From Alphaproteobacteria bacterium (GTDB taxonomy: Bacteria > Pseudomonadota > Alphaproteobacteria > Micavibrionales > UBA2020): a DNA stretch of 64,000 bases. Below are positions 1 to 9,917 of this stretch, one piece after another. The translations under genes were made by a program, and so were the position numbers. Position 1 is the first letter of the stretch, and each line of letters begins with the position of its first letter. Where the stretch lies: assembly GCA_004297545.1 (NCBI GenBank), contig SCTB01000026.1:10207-74206 (forward strand), read 5' to 3'. Below the pieces are notes generated by a model that saw only the letters and a program-made list of their open reading frames with translations, had not been told where the DNA came from and ran no database searches.

Positions 1-1622
1 TTGTCTTCTTTTTGCACAAGGTTTGCGTTCCGCAAGTCATGGATATGGCACCCGGGTTCAAAGATGCCAAAGCCGTTTTCGAAGAACGCATTAAAGTTTG
101 TCAGTTGCTGGGGGAAATTGATAGCCCAAACGCCTCTATTTACATCACTGAATTAAAGGATATCACAGAGCGTATAACCATTAAGGAACTTACACGGCAC
201 GTTGAGCAAAGCAAAATATACGTCGACGTGAGTGGCATTCGTCTGAAGTTAGGTAGATCCCTGGAAGAAACCTACAAGAGATACATTCATCTCAAAACAA
301 ACCCAAAACTGGAGATGCCCCTCGATTTCCTTGATCAGATACTAAAGAATTGGGATCAAAATGTTGCGACGAATATTCTGCGAGCAAGTCGACGCGAAAG
401 CATTTATATAATGCACATGATGATTGAAGACATCAAAAAACTCTTCATCTCCTCAAGTGAATTCGGCTTGGTCTTCTATTTGAGTACTCGGATTAGACAT
501 GGAACACTTTGGGGCCAATTAAGAAGCACACTGGATGCCCATAATCTCGTTACCGTTGAGAATTCCAAAGATAAGGATACTAAGGCAAAGGATTCAAAAG
601 CAAAGGTTTACAAAGACAATGCTTATTGGCATACAAAATTTTTAAACTCTTCTAAAGAACCCGCGCTCCAGTCTTTGTTAAAGACCTTCTCAAAAAACTT
701 TGATGAATTGATATTGAATGTAAATACGAATTGGCTACAGATAAAATCTCCCGAAAAACCAGATGGGTTATTTAACTATGATTATGCCGCCGTCGGCACT
801 TATTACTCGAATGTCGTCCGTAAAGTGACAGAGACAACTACGTACGAAGAATTTTTGGATATTGTTTTTGATGAGTTATGGAGTATTACCGAAGAAAACC
901 TTTCTCAAATCCGACAGAGACTCAAGTACGAATTGGAACCTCAAATCATTGCACTGCTGAATAAATTGAGAGGTGATTTTGCAGCAACATTCGTCAACGA
1001 GACCGATCATGGCTTACAGCATGTTATCACCAATGCAATTACGAGCATGCAAAATTCAATGGAAAGAGTCATTGAGTGGTTTCATGTGGCAAAGCTCCAG
1101 GAAACACCTGATGCAAAGATTGAAACTGCTCTCGTTGTTGGCCTAGCGAGTATAAATTCTTATTTCCCGCATCATCCATTAGTCCCGTCAATTGAGGTAG
1201 TTCCCGCTAATGAAATTATAATCAAAGGACGATTTTTTTCTCTTTTTTCTGACATTTTCTTTATCCTCTTTCAGAACATCAAAGCGCATTCCGGCTTTGA
1301 TGATCGAGCGCCCGTTGTAAATATAAAAATCTCAAAAGAGGGAAGAAAAATCTGTATGATTTTCTCGAATGAGCTCGAAGAAGATCGCGATCATGGGGAG
1401 ATTGAGAAGAAAGTTGCCACCGCCCTTGCCAAACTACAGAAACAGGGAATTTCAGAGGAGGTTCAGAAAGAGGGCGGGTCAGGTTTTCCAAAGCTTTTCA
1501 AAATCTTTACCATGAATCTTAAATGCAATCCCGTGATTTCACCGGAAGTAACCAAAGGGAAGTTTTTGTTGCGTATTGAATTCGATGGAGAGGGGGCGAC
1601 GTATGAAAATCCTCATTGTTGA
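1..1622 (+). CDS. Detocs DtcA-like sensor/histidine-kinase-like protein (5'-truncated by window edge)
   Basis: C-terminal GHKL/HATPase-like motifs (FQNIKAHSG; EGGSGFPKLFKIF); LSTRIRHG segment; low GC; overlaps the downstream REC gene. Confidence 0.75.
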   Translation, partial: VFFLHKVCVPQVMDMAPGFKDAKAVFEERIKVCQLLGEIDSPNASIYITELKDITERITIKELTRHVEQSKIYVDVSGIRLKLGRSLEETYKRYIHLKTNPKLEMPLDFLDQILKNWDQNVATNILRASRRESIYIMHMMIEDIKKLFISSSEFGLVFYLSTRIRHGTLWGQLRSTLDAHNLVTVENSKDKDTKAKDSKAKVYKDNAYWHTKFLNSSKEPALQSLLKTFSKNFDELILNVNTNWLQIKSPEKPDGLFNYDYAAVGTYYSNVVRKVTETTTYEEFLDIVFDELWSITEENLSQIRQRLKYELEPQIIALLNKLRGDFAATFVNETDHGLQHVITNAITSMQNSMERVIEWFHVAKLQETPDAKIETALVVGLASINSYFPHHPLVPSIEVVPANEIIIKGRFFSLFSDIFFILFQNIKAHSGFDDRAPVVNIKISKEGRKICMIFSNELEEDRDHGEIEKKVATALAKLQKQGISEEVQKEGGSGFPKLFKIFTMNLKCNPVISPEVTKGKFLLRIEFDGEGATYENPHC

Positions 1623-2052
1623 AGACGATGACATTAAACGTAATCGGATAAGTGGATTTTTAAAGCAGGCGTATCCGTCAGCAGAGATTGAGGAGAATGC
1701 GTCCTATCAAAGCGGCTTAGGCTCCGTCCTGAATTCGAAATTTGATATGATCATCTTAGACATGACCATGCCTATTTTTGATGTTTCCCCCGAAGAAGAT
1801 GGCGGAAGGCCGCAGCCCTATGCAGGCAGGAAAATTCTTCAACAAATGAAACGCCGGAATATAAACGCATCCGTTATCATCGTCACGCAATTTGATATCT
1901 TTGGCGACGAAAAGAACACAAAAACACTCTTCGAGCTGAACAAAGAATTGACGCAAGAATTTCAAGGTCTTTACAAAGGGTCTGTCTTCTATCATGCCTC
2001 TCAAGACCGATGGCAAGATGAACTCAAGCTGTTGATAGGTCGAAATGTATAA
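1603..2052 (+). CDS. Stand-alone response regulator receiver protein (DtcB-like)
   Basis: MKILIVEDD...DMIILDMTMP...IIVTQF REC motifs; ATG at 1603 after GGAG-rich RBS. Confidence 0.85.
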   Translation: MKILIVEDDDIKRNRISGFLKQAYPSAEIEENASYQSGLGSVLNSKFDMIILDMTMPIFDVSPEEDGGRPQPYAGRKILQQMKRRNINASVIIVTQFDIFGDEKNTKTLFELNKELTQEFQGLYKGSVFYHASQDRWQDELKLLIGRNV

Positions 2053-2063
2053 GCAGGTGATTA

Positions 2064-3299
2064 ATGATAACCGTATTGATACTAGAGGACAACGATTACA
2101 AGCTAAAAAAAATATCTGAGCTCCTTGTTAGCCAGCACATTCCTACGCAATTTGTAAAAATGGTTAGAACAGTTTACGACGCCGAATGCGCGTTGATAGA
2201 AAACCTGTTTGACCTGTTAATTCTAGATATCAATGTCCCTCTTCGGCAAGGTGAGGACACGCGACGCCACGGAGGCTTGACACTACTCAGAAATATCAAG
2301 AGAAAAGGAACTCAATTTAATGTTCCTGATCACATTGTGGGTATCACTGCATATCAAGATATTAAGGATGAGGTATTACCTTCTTTTGATGGGCAATGGC
2401 ACGTTCTATATTTTGACCCGTCTTCTGATGATTGGGAAATCAAACTAACTGAGAAGCTCTCTCATATTAGTGCGGCGAAGCAACAGCGCCTCAATAAGAA
2501 CTCCAATTATCAATATGACGTTGCCATTGTCACCGCGCTTGAGACGCCAGAACTCGCGGCGGTGAGGAAGCTGCCACTAGAGTGGAAGCCCCCGCATCAA
2601 GACGCGAACGATAGTACAATTTACCATGAAGGTTATATCCCGTCAGACCATCGAAATATCAGTGTTATTGCTGCTTCAGCCTGCGCAATGGGAATGCCTC
2701 ACGCTACGGTTCTGGCCTCAAAAATGATCAGCCACTTCAAGCCTCGCTATTTGTGGATGTTGGGAATTTGCGCCGGCATTGAAGGAGATTCAAATCTCGG
2801 CGATATTGTCTTTGCTGACCACTGCTGGGATTACGGCAGCGGTAAGTATAAGGAAGGTGCCGCAGGCGAAATCATCTTCGAGCAGCAGCCCTCACAATAC
2901 CCCGTCGATCCGGGGTTAAAGGCGAGAGCCAACTTTCTCGCAACTGATTTGAGTTTCTTTGCCAAGATAAAGGACGAGTTTGGACCAGCACCAGTTGAAG
3001 CGCCTGTGTCTCTGAGGATCGGACCGATGGCCTCAGGTGCCGCTGTGGTCTCTAGCGAAAGATACCTTGAAACTGTAAGGAAACAGAACCGAAAGCTTAC
3101 AGGTCTTGAGATGGAGGCTTACGGTGTGATGTGCGCGGGCGTAAACTCCCGCGCTCCCCAACCGCAGGTTATTATTGCCAAGTCGGTCTGCGATTTTGCG
3201 AATGCAAAGAAAGGGGATAAATACCAACCTTACGCAGCATACACGAGTGCAAAGTTTTTCTACTATTTTACAAAAGATTTTCTTTTCGCAAGAGGTTAG
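2064..3299 (+). CDS. REC domain fused to PNP/MTA-SAH nucleosidase-family domain (DtcC-like ATP nucleosidase effector)
   Basis: N-terminal ILEDN...LLILDINVP; C-terminal AIVTALETPE, GICAG, GPMASG, LEMEAYG, KSVCDFA motifs. Confidence 0.85.
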   Translation: MITVLILEDNDYKLKKISELLVSQHIPTQFVKMVRTVYDAECALIENLFDLLILDINVPLRQGEDTRRHGGLTLLRNIKRKGTQFNVPDHIVGITAYQDIKDEVLPSFDGQWHVLYFDPSSDDWEIKLTEKLSHISAAKQQRLNKNSNYQYDVAIVTALETPELAAVRKLPLEWKPPHQDANDSTIYHEGYIPSDHRNISVIAASACAMGMPHATVLASKMISHFKPRYLWMLGICAGIEGDSNLGDIVFADHCWDYGSGKYKEGAAGEIIFEQQPSQYPVDPGLKARANFLATDLSFFAKIKDEFGPAPVEAPVSLRIGPMASGAAVVSSERYLETVRKQNRKLTGLEMEAYGVMCAGVNSRAPQPQVIIAKSVCDFANAKKGDKYQPYAAYTSAKFFYYFTKDFLFARG

Positions 3300-3302
3300 C
3301 CC

Positions 3303-3983
3303 TCACAACAACACCATCGGGTCCGGAAAATACGGGTGCTCCGCCCCCTTGGGCTTCGCGGCGTAGCCGTCGAATTTTGACAGGTCGCCCTGAAACTTGT
3401 CCCAGGCTTCCTGCGTCAGGGCCTGCACATGCAGGTGTTCGTACCAGCCGCCGTTTTCGTGGCAACGGCCGATGGTGGCCGCGATGTCGCCGGGGAGAAT
3501 TGCGGCGCCTTCCTTTACCCGCGCCGATCCCTTCGCAAGGTGGGCGTAGAGGAAGTGGGTGATTTTGCCGATGGGTTTGTCGAGCCGGAAAAAGACCACG
3601 CCGCCCCAGCCGCCGTCCTGTCCGGGGTCGTGCATGATTTTTTCCACGCGCGAGGGGTATTTCACCGTCAGCTCCGTGCCGGCGCGCACGTTGATGTCGA
3701 TGGCGAGGTGCACGGCGCTGTCGGGTTTCAGGTATGTGCCGCGCCACAGCTCGCGCCGGTCTTCCAGGTATCCGCCGAAGGATGTCGCGACGCCCCAGCG
3801 CCGGTGCAGGCGTTGCAGCGCGCGGTCGGTGAGGTCGGCATTCCGGTAACGGCTGCCGTCGGGGCGTTTTTTGCCGCGCGCTGCGCAGGCATTCATGTCG
3901 ATGTAACGGGCGGTTGTTTTATTATTTTTCCCCCGCAGACCGGGGAAAATCGACAGCATGACGGCTTCATCATTGGCGGGCAT
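3303..3983 (-). CDS. M23 family metallopeptidase
   Basis: VHLAIDI (HxxxD), LYAHL, HLH motifs; start placed at ATG 3983 (GGAG upstream), 3995 also possible. Confidence 0.75.
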   Translation of the reverse strand: MPANDEAVMLSIFPGLRGKNNKTTARYIDMNACAARGKKRPDGSRYRNADLTDRALQRLHRRWGVATSFGGYLEDRRELWRGTYLKPDSAVHLAIDINVRAGTELTVKYPSRVEKIMHDPGQDGGWGGVVFFRLDKPIGKITHFLYAHLAKGSARVKEGAAILPGDIAATIGRCHENGGWYEHLHVQALTQEAWDKFQGDLSKFDGYAAKPKGAEHPYFPDPMVLL

Positions 3984-4115
3984 TTGACTCTCCATAATGT
4001 TCCCTAGGGGTATGTTGACCCTGCATAACATACGCGATATAAAAATAACATATTTCATTATCAGAACCCGCGCGCGCGTTACCCACGCGCCCATGTCTTT
4101 GCAGGGAGGGCATGG

Positions 4116-4886
4116 ATGAAGGATAAATTCAATCCGAAGTCCAGAAAGCATGAGATCGCCGTCATCGACGATATCGATGACCCGAAATCCGCGGCGCTGC
4201 TGAAACGCGCGTACAACGAAGTATACCTGCCCGCCTTTCCCATCGCGTCGGAGCGCGAAAGCCTGGAGCAATGGTGCGCGCGGCTGAAGCGCGGCAAGGA
4301 TGATATCGTCATCATCGGCGAAAATTTAAGCGACCCCGACAAGGCGCTCGTCAAGGGCATCTGCGTGGGCGTTTATTTTTCCATCTCTGACGTGGGGCTG
4401 CTGTCTTATTACGCCGTCCACCCGAAAGCGCAGGGGCAGGGCATCGCGCGGCTGATGATAGCCCAAGTCAAGCAATTGATGCTGGAACGCGCGGAGGAAA
4501 AAGGCGGCGTTTTGAAGGGCGTTTTCATCGAGGTCAACGACCCGGCCAAGGTCCCCGCCAATCAGGACAGCTTCGACCCGGCGCTGCGTGTGGATGTATC
4601 GCACAAGCTGGGGGCGCGGGATATTCCGGTTTCCTACGTGCAGCCGCCGCTGCAGCCCGGCGCGCCGAAGTTCGCCAATCTCAAGCTGATGGCCTATCCA
4701 CACCCGAAGACGGGCGAATACCCCGGCCCCGACGCCGTGCGGGCGTTTATGGAGGCCATGTATATGTCGCATGCCATCGACACCTCGACCGATGCTGATT
4801 TCAAAAAATCCATGGCCGACATCGACGCCTGGGAAAAACAGCCGCCGAAGATAAAGCCGCCGGGGAAGAAGCCGAACATCGGGTAG
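4116..4886 (+). CDS. GNAT family N-acetyltransferase
   Basis: YYAVHPKAQGQGIAR acetyl-CoA motif A; YVQPPL; K/P-rich tail. Confidence 0.75.
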   Translation: MKDKFNPKSRKHEIAVIDDIDDPKSAALLKRAYNEVYLPAFPIASERESLEQWCARLKRGKDDIVIIGENLSDPDKALVKGICVGVYFSISDVGLLSYYAVHPKAQGQGIARLMIAQVKQLMLERAEEKGGVLKGVFIEVNDPAKVPANQDSFDPALRVDVSHKLGARDIPVSYVQPPLQPGAPKFANLKLMAYPHPKTGEYPGPDAVRAFMEAMYMSHAIDTSTDADFKKSMADIDAWEKQPPKIKPPGKKPNIG

Positions 4887-5007
4887 GTTTTGCGGCCCCC
4901 TCTCTCCCCCAGTGCAACCCCGGCCCCTTGGTCCCGATCTTCAGCCTGAGCGGCAGTCCGACGGTCATGGTTCTTTTCAAGGAAGATTTCGTTTCCGGCT
5001 TGGCGCG

Positions 5008-5874
5008 CTATTCCTGCGCGGCGCCGGGCGCCTCTTCCTCTCCGGCCTCATCGGGCTTGGGCGGTTCAAAGGCCTTGTCACGCTTCGTCTTGGCGTCCAG
5101 CATACGCTGGATTTTTTGCTGCCGGTCCTTGCAAAAACTGTAGCTATGGGAGCCTGGCGCGAAGGCGCCGCATACATCCCCGGCGGCGGGAAGGGGCTGC
5201 CCGGCCGGCAGCGCCGCGGCTTCCGCGGGCTTCACCCCCGGTTTCGTCTTCGGTTTCGGCGGCACAACCACGGGCTTCCATGCCGCGATACGCTCCTCCA
5301 GGTCCGCCTTTTGCCTGATATCGAGATGACCCTCGATTTCCTGCAGAAGGGAGAGAGACTCGCAGCGGGGCAGGCTCTTTTTATCAAGCTTCACGGACAA
5401 GACGATCCAGAAATAGGCCTCAGGCCAATCCGGCGGGATTCTGCGGCCGCCTGTGGCGTATAACTTGGCAAGAAGAAGTTGTGCTTTGGCGCTTCCCTGC
5501 TCCGCAGCCCTGCCAAGCCATTTTTTCGCTTCAGTATAATTCTGGTCGGGGCCGCCCTGCGGGCCAGTGCTGTGGCTCCAGAAATAGTCTGATCCCAGCT
5601 TGACCTGCGCTGCGACATTTCCTTCTTCGGCCTGTTCCCGGACAACCTCCGCTGACCCGATCACTTTCTCATCCTCCAGAATGCTGTTACACTTTACCTG
5701 CTCCTCAGGCGGCGAATCAGGAATAAGCCATGCCGGCGCGTGGGCTTTTACCCAGGCTGCCACTTTCGGCTGGCTACCTGTCTTTATCATCACGAAAATC
5801 ACGAAAATCCCGCCGAGAACGGCCAGCAGGATCGTCCATTTCGAGAGCCGAAATCTTCCGGAGAGAAATCGCAT
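5008..5874 (-). CDS. Sel1-like repeat membrane-anchored protein
   Basis: N-terminal TM; AEEGNVAAQVKLG, AAEQGSAKAQLLLAKLY, EAYFW repeats. Confidence 0.75.
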   Translation of the reverse strand: MRFLSGRFRLSKWTILLAVLGGIFVIFVMIKTGSQPKVAAWVKAHAPAWLIPDSPPEEQVKCNSILEDEKVIGSAEVVREQAEEGNVAAQVKLGSDYFWSHSTGPQGGPDQNYTEAKKWLGRAAEQGSAKAQLLLAKLYATGGRRIPPDWPEAYFWIVLSVKLDKKSLPRCESLSLLQEIEGHLDIRQKADLEERIAAWKPVVVPPKPKTKPGVKPAEAAALPAGQPLPAAGDVCGAFAPGSHSYSFCKDRQQKIQRMLDAKTKRDKAFEPPKPDEAGEEEAPGAAQE

Positions 5875-6166
5875 GCTATAACGCCATGTGTGATAATGTG
5901 TTTCTAAAGAATTGCCAGACAGTCCCCCAAAGGGGGCATGCCCGCGAACCCATTCCACCCCAATCTTGCCTGCATATCAATTTCAAATACTCGGAAGAGC
6001 GGACAAGGGCAAAGTCCGCCCGATTCGGGTTATGTCTAATAATAAAAGTCCCCGTCTATCAGCGTATTATCCGCCCCGCCCCCTCGAAAACCGCGCATTT
6101 GCTTGCTTTTCGTGCGGTTTGGTGCCACAGAAGGGCATGAGTTTTTCAACAAAAGGAAACACCCCG

Positions 6167-8185
6167 ATGTCATCCGCACAGCCGGCTAAAAATCAGGCTC
6201 CCGAAGCCGTCACGCATAACGATATGGCCAATGTCCTGCGCGCCCTGTCGATGGATGCGGTGCAGAAGGCGAATTCGGGCCACCCCGGCATGCCGATGGG
6301 CATGGCCGATGTCGCAACCGTGCTGTTCACCCAGTTCATGAAATTCGACCCCGCGCAGCCCACCTGGCCCGACCGGGACCGTTTCATCCTTTCCGCAGGG
6401 CACGGCTCGATGCTGCTCTATTCGATCCTGCACCTGACGGGCTATGAGAAAATCACGCTCGACCAGCTGAAAAACTTCCGCCAGCTCCACAGCCTCACCG
6501 CCGGTCACCCCGAAGTCATGCCCGATGCGGGCATCGAAACCACGACCGGCCCGCTCGGCCAGGGCATTTCGAATGCCGTGGGCTTCGCATTGGCGGAGCG
6601 CCTGCTGAATGCGCGTTTCGGCAACGATATTGTGAATCACTATACATACGTTATCGCCTCCGACGGCGATTTGATGGAAGGCATCAGCCATGAGGCCTGC
6701 TCGCTCGCCGGTCACCTCGGCCTCGGCAAGCTCATCGTGCTGTATGACGACAACGACATTTCCATCGACGGCCCGACGTCGCTTTCCTTCACCGACGACA
6801 GCTGCAAGCGTTTCGAGGCCTATGGCTGGGAAACCTTCAAGGTCGACGGCCACAACCCCGAGCAGATTTCGAAAGCCATCGCCGCCGCGCAGATCAATGT
6901 GAACAAGCCGACGCTGATCGCCTGCAAGACCAAAATCGGCTTCGGCGCGCCGACCAAGCAGGGCTCGGCCTCGTCCCACGGCTCGCCGCTGGGCGATGAA
7001 GAAATTGCGGGCGCGCGCAAGAACCTCGGCTGGGGCCATGCGCCCTTCGTCATTCCCGACGCCGTGCTCTCCGCCTGGCGCGCCGTCGGCCAGCAAAGCC
7101 AGAATGACCGCAAGAACTGGCAGTCCCGCCTCGACCAGATGGCGGGCGAGAAACGCGCGCTTTACGACCGCATGCTGTCGGGCGATGTGACCAAGACGAT
7201 TGCGCCCATCATCGACGCCTTCAAGAAAAAGGCGACCGCGGAAGCGCCGAAAATCGCGACCCGCGCGGCATCGGGCAAGGTGCTGGAAGTCCTCGTCCCC
7301 GCGCTGCCCGAAATGATCGGCGGCTCGGCCGACCTCACCGGCTCCAACCTCACGCTCGTCAAGGACATGGGCAAGGTCTCGAAGACCGATTATTCGGGCC
7401 GCTACATTTACTGGGGCGTGCGCGAACATGCGATGGCCGCGGCCATGAACGGCATGGCGCTGCATAAGGGCCTTATCCCCTACGGCGGAACCTTCCTGAG
7501 CTTTACCGATTACTGCCGCCCCTCCATCCGCCTCTCGGCCATCATGAAGCAGCGCGTCGTCTATGTGATGACGCATGACTCCATCGGTCTGGGTGAAGAC
7601 GGCCCGACCCATCAGCCGGTCGAGCACCTCGCCGCGCTGCGTGCCATTCCCAACGTGCTGGTGCTGCGCCCCTGTGACGTGATTGAAACGGCGGAATGCT
7701 GGCAGATCGCGCTGGAACACACGACCGGCCCCAGCATCCTTGTGCTGACGCGCCAGAACCTGCCGCTGGTGCGGAAAGAGAACAGCTCCGACAACATCTC
7801 GAAAAAAGGCGCCTATGTTCTGGCGGAAGCTTCGGGCGGCAAACCCGTCGCGACAATCTGGTCGACCGGTTCCGAAATCGAGATCGCGCTGAAGGCGCGC
7901 GAGACGCTGGAAGCCGCGAAAATCCCGGCCCGCGTCATTTCCGCGCCCTCGCTGGAACTCTTTGCGAAACAGGATGCGCAATACCAGCAGTCGCTGATCG
8001 GTTCTTCCAAGGTCACCGTGGCCGTCGAGGCCGCCGTGCGCCAGGGCTGGGACCATATCATCGGCCGCGACGGCATCTTCGTCGGCATGAAATCCTTCGG
8101 CGAAAGCGCGCCCTATCAGGAACTCTACAAACACTTCGGCATCACCGCCGAAGCGATTGTGGAGGCGGTGAAGAAGAAGGTTTAA
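6167..8185 (+). CDS. tkt: Transketolase
   Basis: SGHPGMPMG, SDGDLMEGISHE, THDSIGLGEDGPTHQP; start ATG 6167 after AAGGA. Confidence 0.97.
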   Translation: MSSAQPAKNQAPEAVTHNDMANVLRALSMDAVQKANSGHPGMPMGMADVATVLFTQFMKFDPAQPTWPDRDRFILSAGHGSMLLYSILHLTGYEKITLDQLKNFRQLHSLTAGHPEVMPDAGIETTTGPLGQGISNAVGFALAERLLNARFGNDIVNHYTYVIASDGDLMEGISHEACSLAGHLGLGKLIVLYDDNDISIDGPTSLSFTDDSCKRFEAYGWETFKVDGHNPEQISKAIAAAQINVNKPTLIACKTKIGFGAPTKQGSASSHGSPLGDEEIAGARKNLGWGHAPFVIPDAVLSAWRAVGQQSQNDRKNWQSRLDQMAGEKRALYDRMLSGDVTKTIAPIIDAFKKKATAEAPKIATRAASGKVLEVLVPALPEMIGGSADLTGSNLTLVKDMGKVSKTDYSGRYIYWGVREHAMAAAMNGMALHKGLIPYGGTFLSFTDYCRPSIRLSAIMKQRVVYVMTHDSIGLGEDGPTHQPVEHLAALRAIPNVLVLRPCDVIETAECWQIALEHTTGPSILVLTRQNLPLVRKENSSDNISKKGAYVLAEASGGKPVATIWSTGSEIEIALKARETLEAAKIPARVISAPSLELFAKQDAQYQQSLIGSSKVTVAVEAAVRQGWDHIIGRDGIFVGMKSFGESAPYQELYKHFGITAEAIVEAVKKKV

Positions 8186-8197
8186 GTTTCATTCCTT

Positions 8198-8302
8198 GTC
8201 ATGCCCGCCTTGCGCGGGCATCCGGAAGCGTGTCAACGCGTCATATGACTCATATGCGCGGCAGACGCCGCGCGCCGGACCCCCGCGCAAGGCGGGGGTG
8301 AC
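8198..8302. repeat. REP-like palindromic element, GTCAT family (paired arms)
   Basis: gtcatgcccgccttgcgcgggcatcc...gacccccgcgcaaggcgggggtgac; arms match the copy at 35551. Confidence 0.85.
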
Positions 8303-8318
8303 GCCATTGTTAAGCGGC

Positions 8319-9077
8319 CTATCTTCCCTGAAACGACATCCCCCCCCGTGACGGCGCCGGCGAGGGCTCTGCTTTGCGTTTGGGCCGTTTCCCGACCGTG
8401 CCCTCGCGCAGGGCGCGTTCCAGTTCGACGAGATCTCCGAGCGGATCGCCGTCCCGCTTGTTCTCCCAGGCTTCCTTGAGGGGAGCGTCGGCGGGTTTCG
8501 GCACAGCTTTCCTGATTTGCGGCACGGAGAATTCGTAGTGATGTTCTCCCGCGCCGAAGCCGCCCGCCTGCAGGACAAGTACGCGGTTCTGTTGCTCGCG
8601 CACGGGATCGATCACCGCCTCCAGTTCCGCCTGCGACGGGTTCGCGGCCGTTCCGTTGAAAACGCCCGAGAGCTGGATGATTTTTTCCTGCGCGTTGTGC
8701 AGCCGGTGCAGGTCTTTGCGCTTGCCGCGCACGGTTTGCCCCGCGAAATTCACTTCGGTGATGATCTGCTCGCGCGCCTTGCGGCAGCGGTAGTATTCAA
8801 ACGCGAGAAACGACACGGCCGCGCCGCCCACCGCGACCAGCCCGCCAATCACGCTCTGGATGGATATCGCAGCGACGATGGATGTCCAGAGCAGCCTGCT
8901 TTTGGCCAGCATGCCCAGCAGCGGCGCCTTGCTCGCGATATCGAGTTTCGGCGCCGTCGGCACCTTGCCCTTGACCTGGCCCCAGAGGTCAGAGAACACC
9001 GAACCGTCTTTGCCGTAGCGGCCCTCCTCGAGCGTCTGACTGAAGGTGTTGTAAAAATCCCGAAGCTTCCTGAACAT
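8319..9077 (-). CDS. Hypothetical membrane protein
   Basis: 252-aa ORF, hydrophobic hairpin, coiled region, basic Pro-rich tail. Confidence 0.65.
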   Translation of the reverse strand: MFRKLRDFYNTFSQTLEEGRYGKDGSVFSDLWGQVKGKVPTAPKLDIASKAPLLGMLAKSRLLWTSIVAAISIQSVIGGLVAVGGAAVSFLAFEYYRCRKAREQIITEVNFAGQTVRGKRKDLHRLHNAQEKIIQLSGVFNGTAANPSQAELEAVIDPVREQQNRVLVLQAGGFGAGEHHYEFSVPQIRKAVPKPADAPLKEAWENKRDGDPLGDLVELERALREGTVGKRPKRKAEPSPAPSRGGMSFQGR

Positions 9078-9224
9078 CGTCGCATCCCCTTATGCTGCTG
9101 GTGTTCATATGTGGTATAATAATACCATACGACAGGAGGGGATTCCTGTCAAAGAAGTTCCATAATATTTTGGCTATGCGTTGATTTTGTTCGATACGAT
9201 GAGAAAAGGACCAAGTTTACTCTT

Positions 9225-9253
9225 CGTCATGCCCGCCTTGCGCGGGGGTGACG
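9225..9253. repeat. Collapsed single-hairpin copy of the GTCAT REP-like family
   Basis: cgtcatgcccgccttgcgcgggggtgacg. Confidence 0.75.
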
Positions 9254-9259
9254 GGATCG

Positions 9260-9835
9260 TTAAAGCCGCCCGCTGCGCTTGAATCTCTTTTCGATTTTCT
9301 TCGCCGTGGCCGGCGAGGCGACCCAGTACATCTGGGATTCCGCCGCGGCGTTGATGCGGTCGAGGCGCGCGCCGTGGACGGGCATTTTGTGCGACTGCAG
9401 CGCAGGCAGCCCTTCTCCCACATGCTTCTGCCGCAGGAAGAAGTTGATATCGTCGACATTGAAGCCGCTGGTGACGCCGATATGCGCGTTGTAAACGTCT
9501 TCGACGCAAGAGCGGTCCAGCTTCACTTTTTTCAGCACGGGGTTCAGTTCCACCAGCCTGTCCCAGCTTTTTTCGAGGAAGGCGGGCAAGCCCATGTCTT
9601 CGGCGGTCTTCCAGTATTCGTATTCCGTCGCGCCGCGCTTCGCCATTTCAGTTTCGACATGGGCGTGCATTTTGCGCGACATCGCCTTTTCGTACTGCGC
9701 CGCCGTCTTGCCGTCGGGGATGAAATAGCGCCCCGCGATGCCGCGCAGGTGGTTGTCCCGCTGGAACTTCAGCGCCGGATGGGTGGCGGCGTCATTAAAA
9801 GCGCGGGACAGCGACAGGGGCTTTCGGTGGGGCAT
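9260..9835 (-). CDS. Hypothetical protein; stand-alone paralogue of the middle domain of 9918-12404
   Basis: LRGIAGRYFIPDG..AAQYE, WDRLVELNPVLKKVKLDR, GVTSGFNVDDINFFL align with the neighbour. Confidence 0.8.
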   Translation of the reverse strand: MPHRKPLSLSRAFNDAATHPALKFQRDNHLRGIAGRYFIPDGKTAAQYEKAMSRKMHAHVETEMAKRGATEYEYWKTAEDMGLPAFLEKSWDRLVELNPVLKKVKLDRSCVEDVYNAHIGVTSGFNVDDINFFLRQKHVGEGLPALQSHKMPVHGARLDRINAAAESQMYWVASPATAKKIEKRFKRSGRL

Positions 9836-9917
9836 GACAGGCCTTTTTTCCGTGGAAACTGTTAAAGATTACGGAAAAGAGCTGTTTATGTCAAGATTTC
9901 TTTGGAGAAATTTTATT

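Noticed and set aside
5912-6166. N-terminal extension of Tkt
   Set aside because: Intergenic, promoter-like sequence; homology begins near 6167
6170-8134. Long antisense ORFs over tkt (likewise over ffh, leuC, leuB, sulP, nfeD and the cadherin gene)
   Set aside because: Codon-bias shadows of well-supported genes
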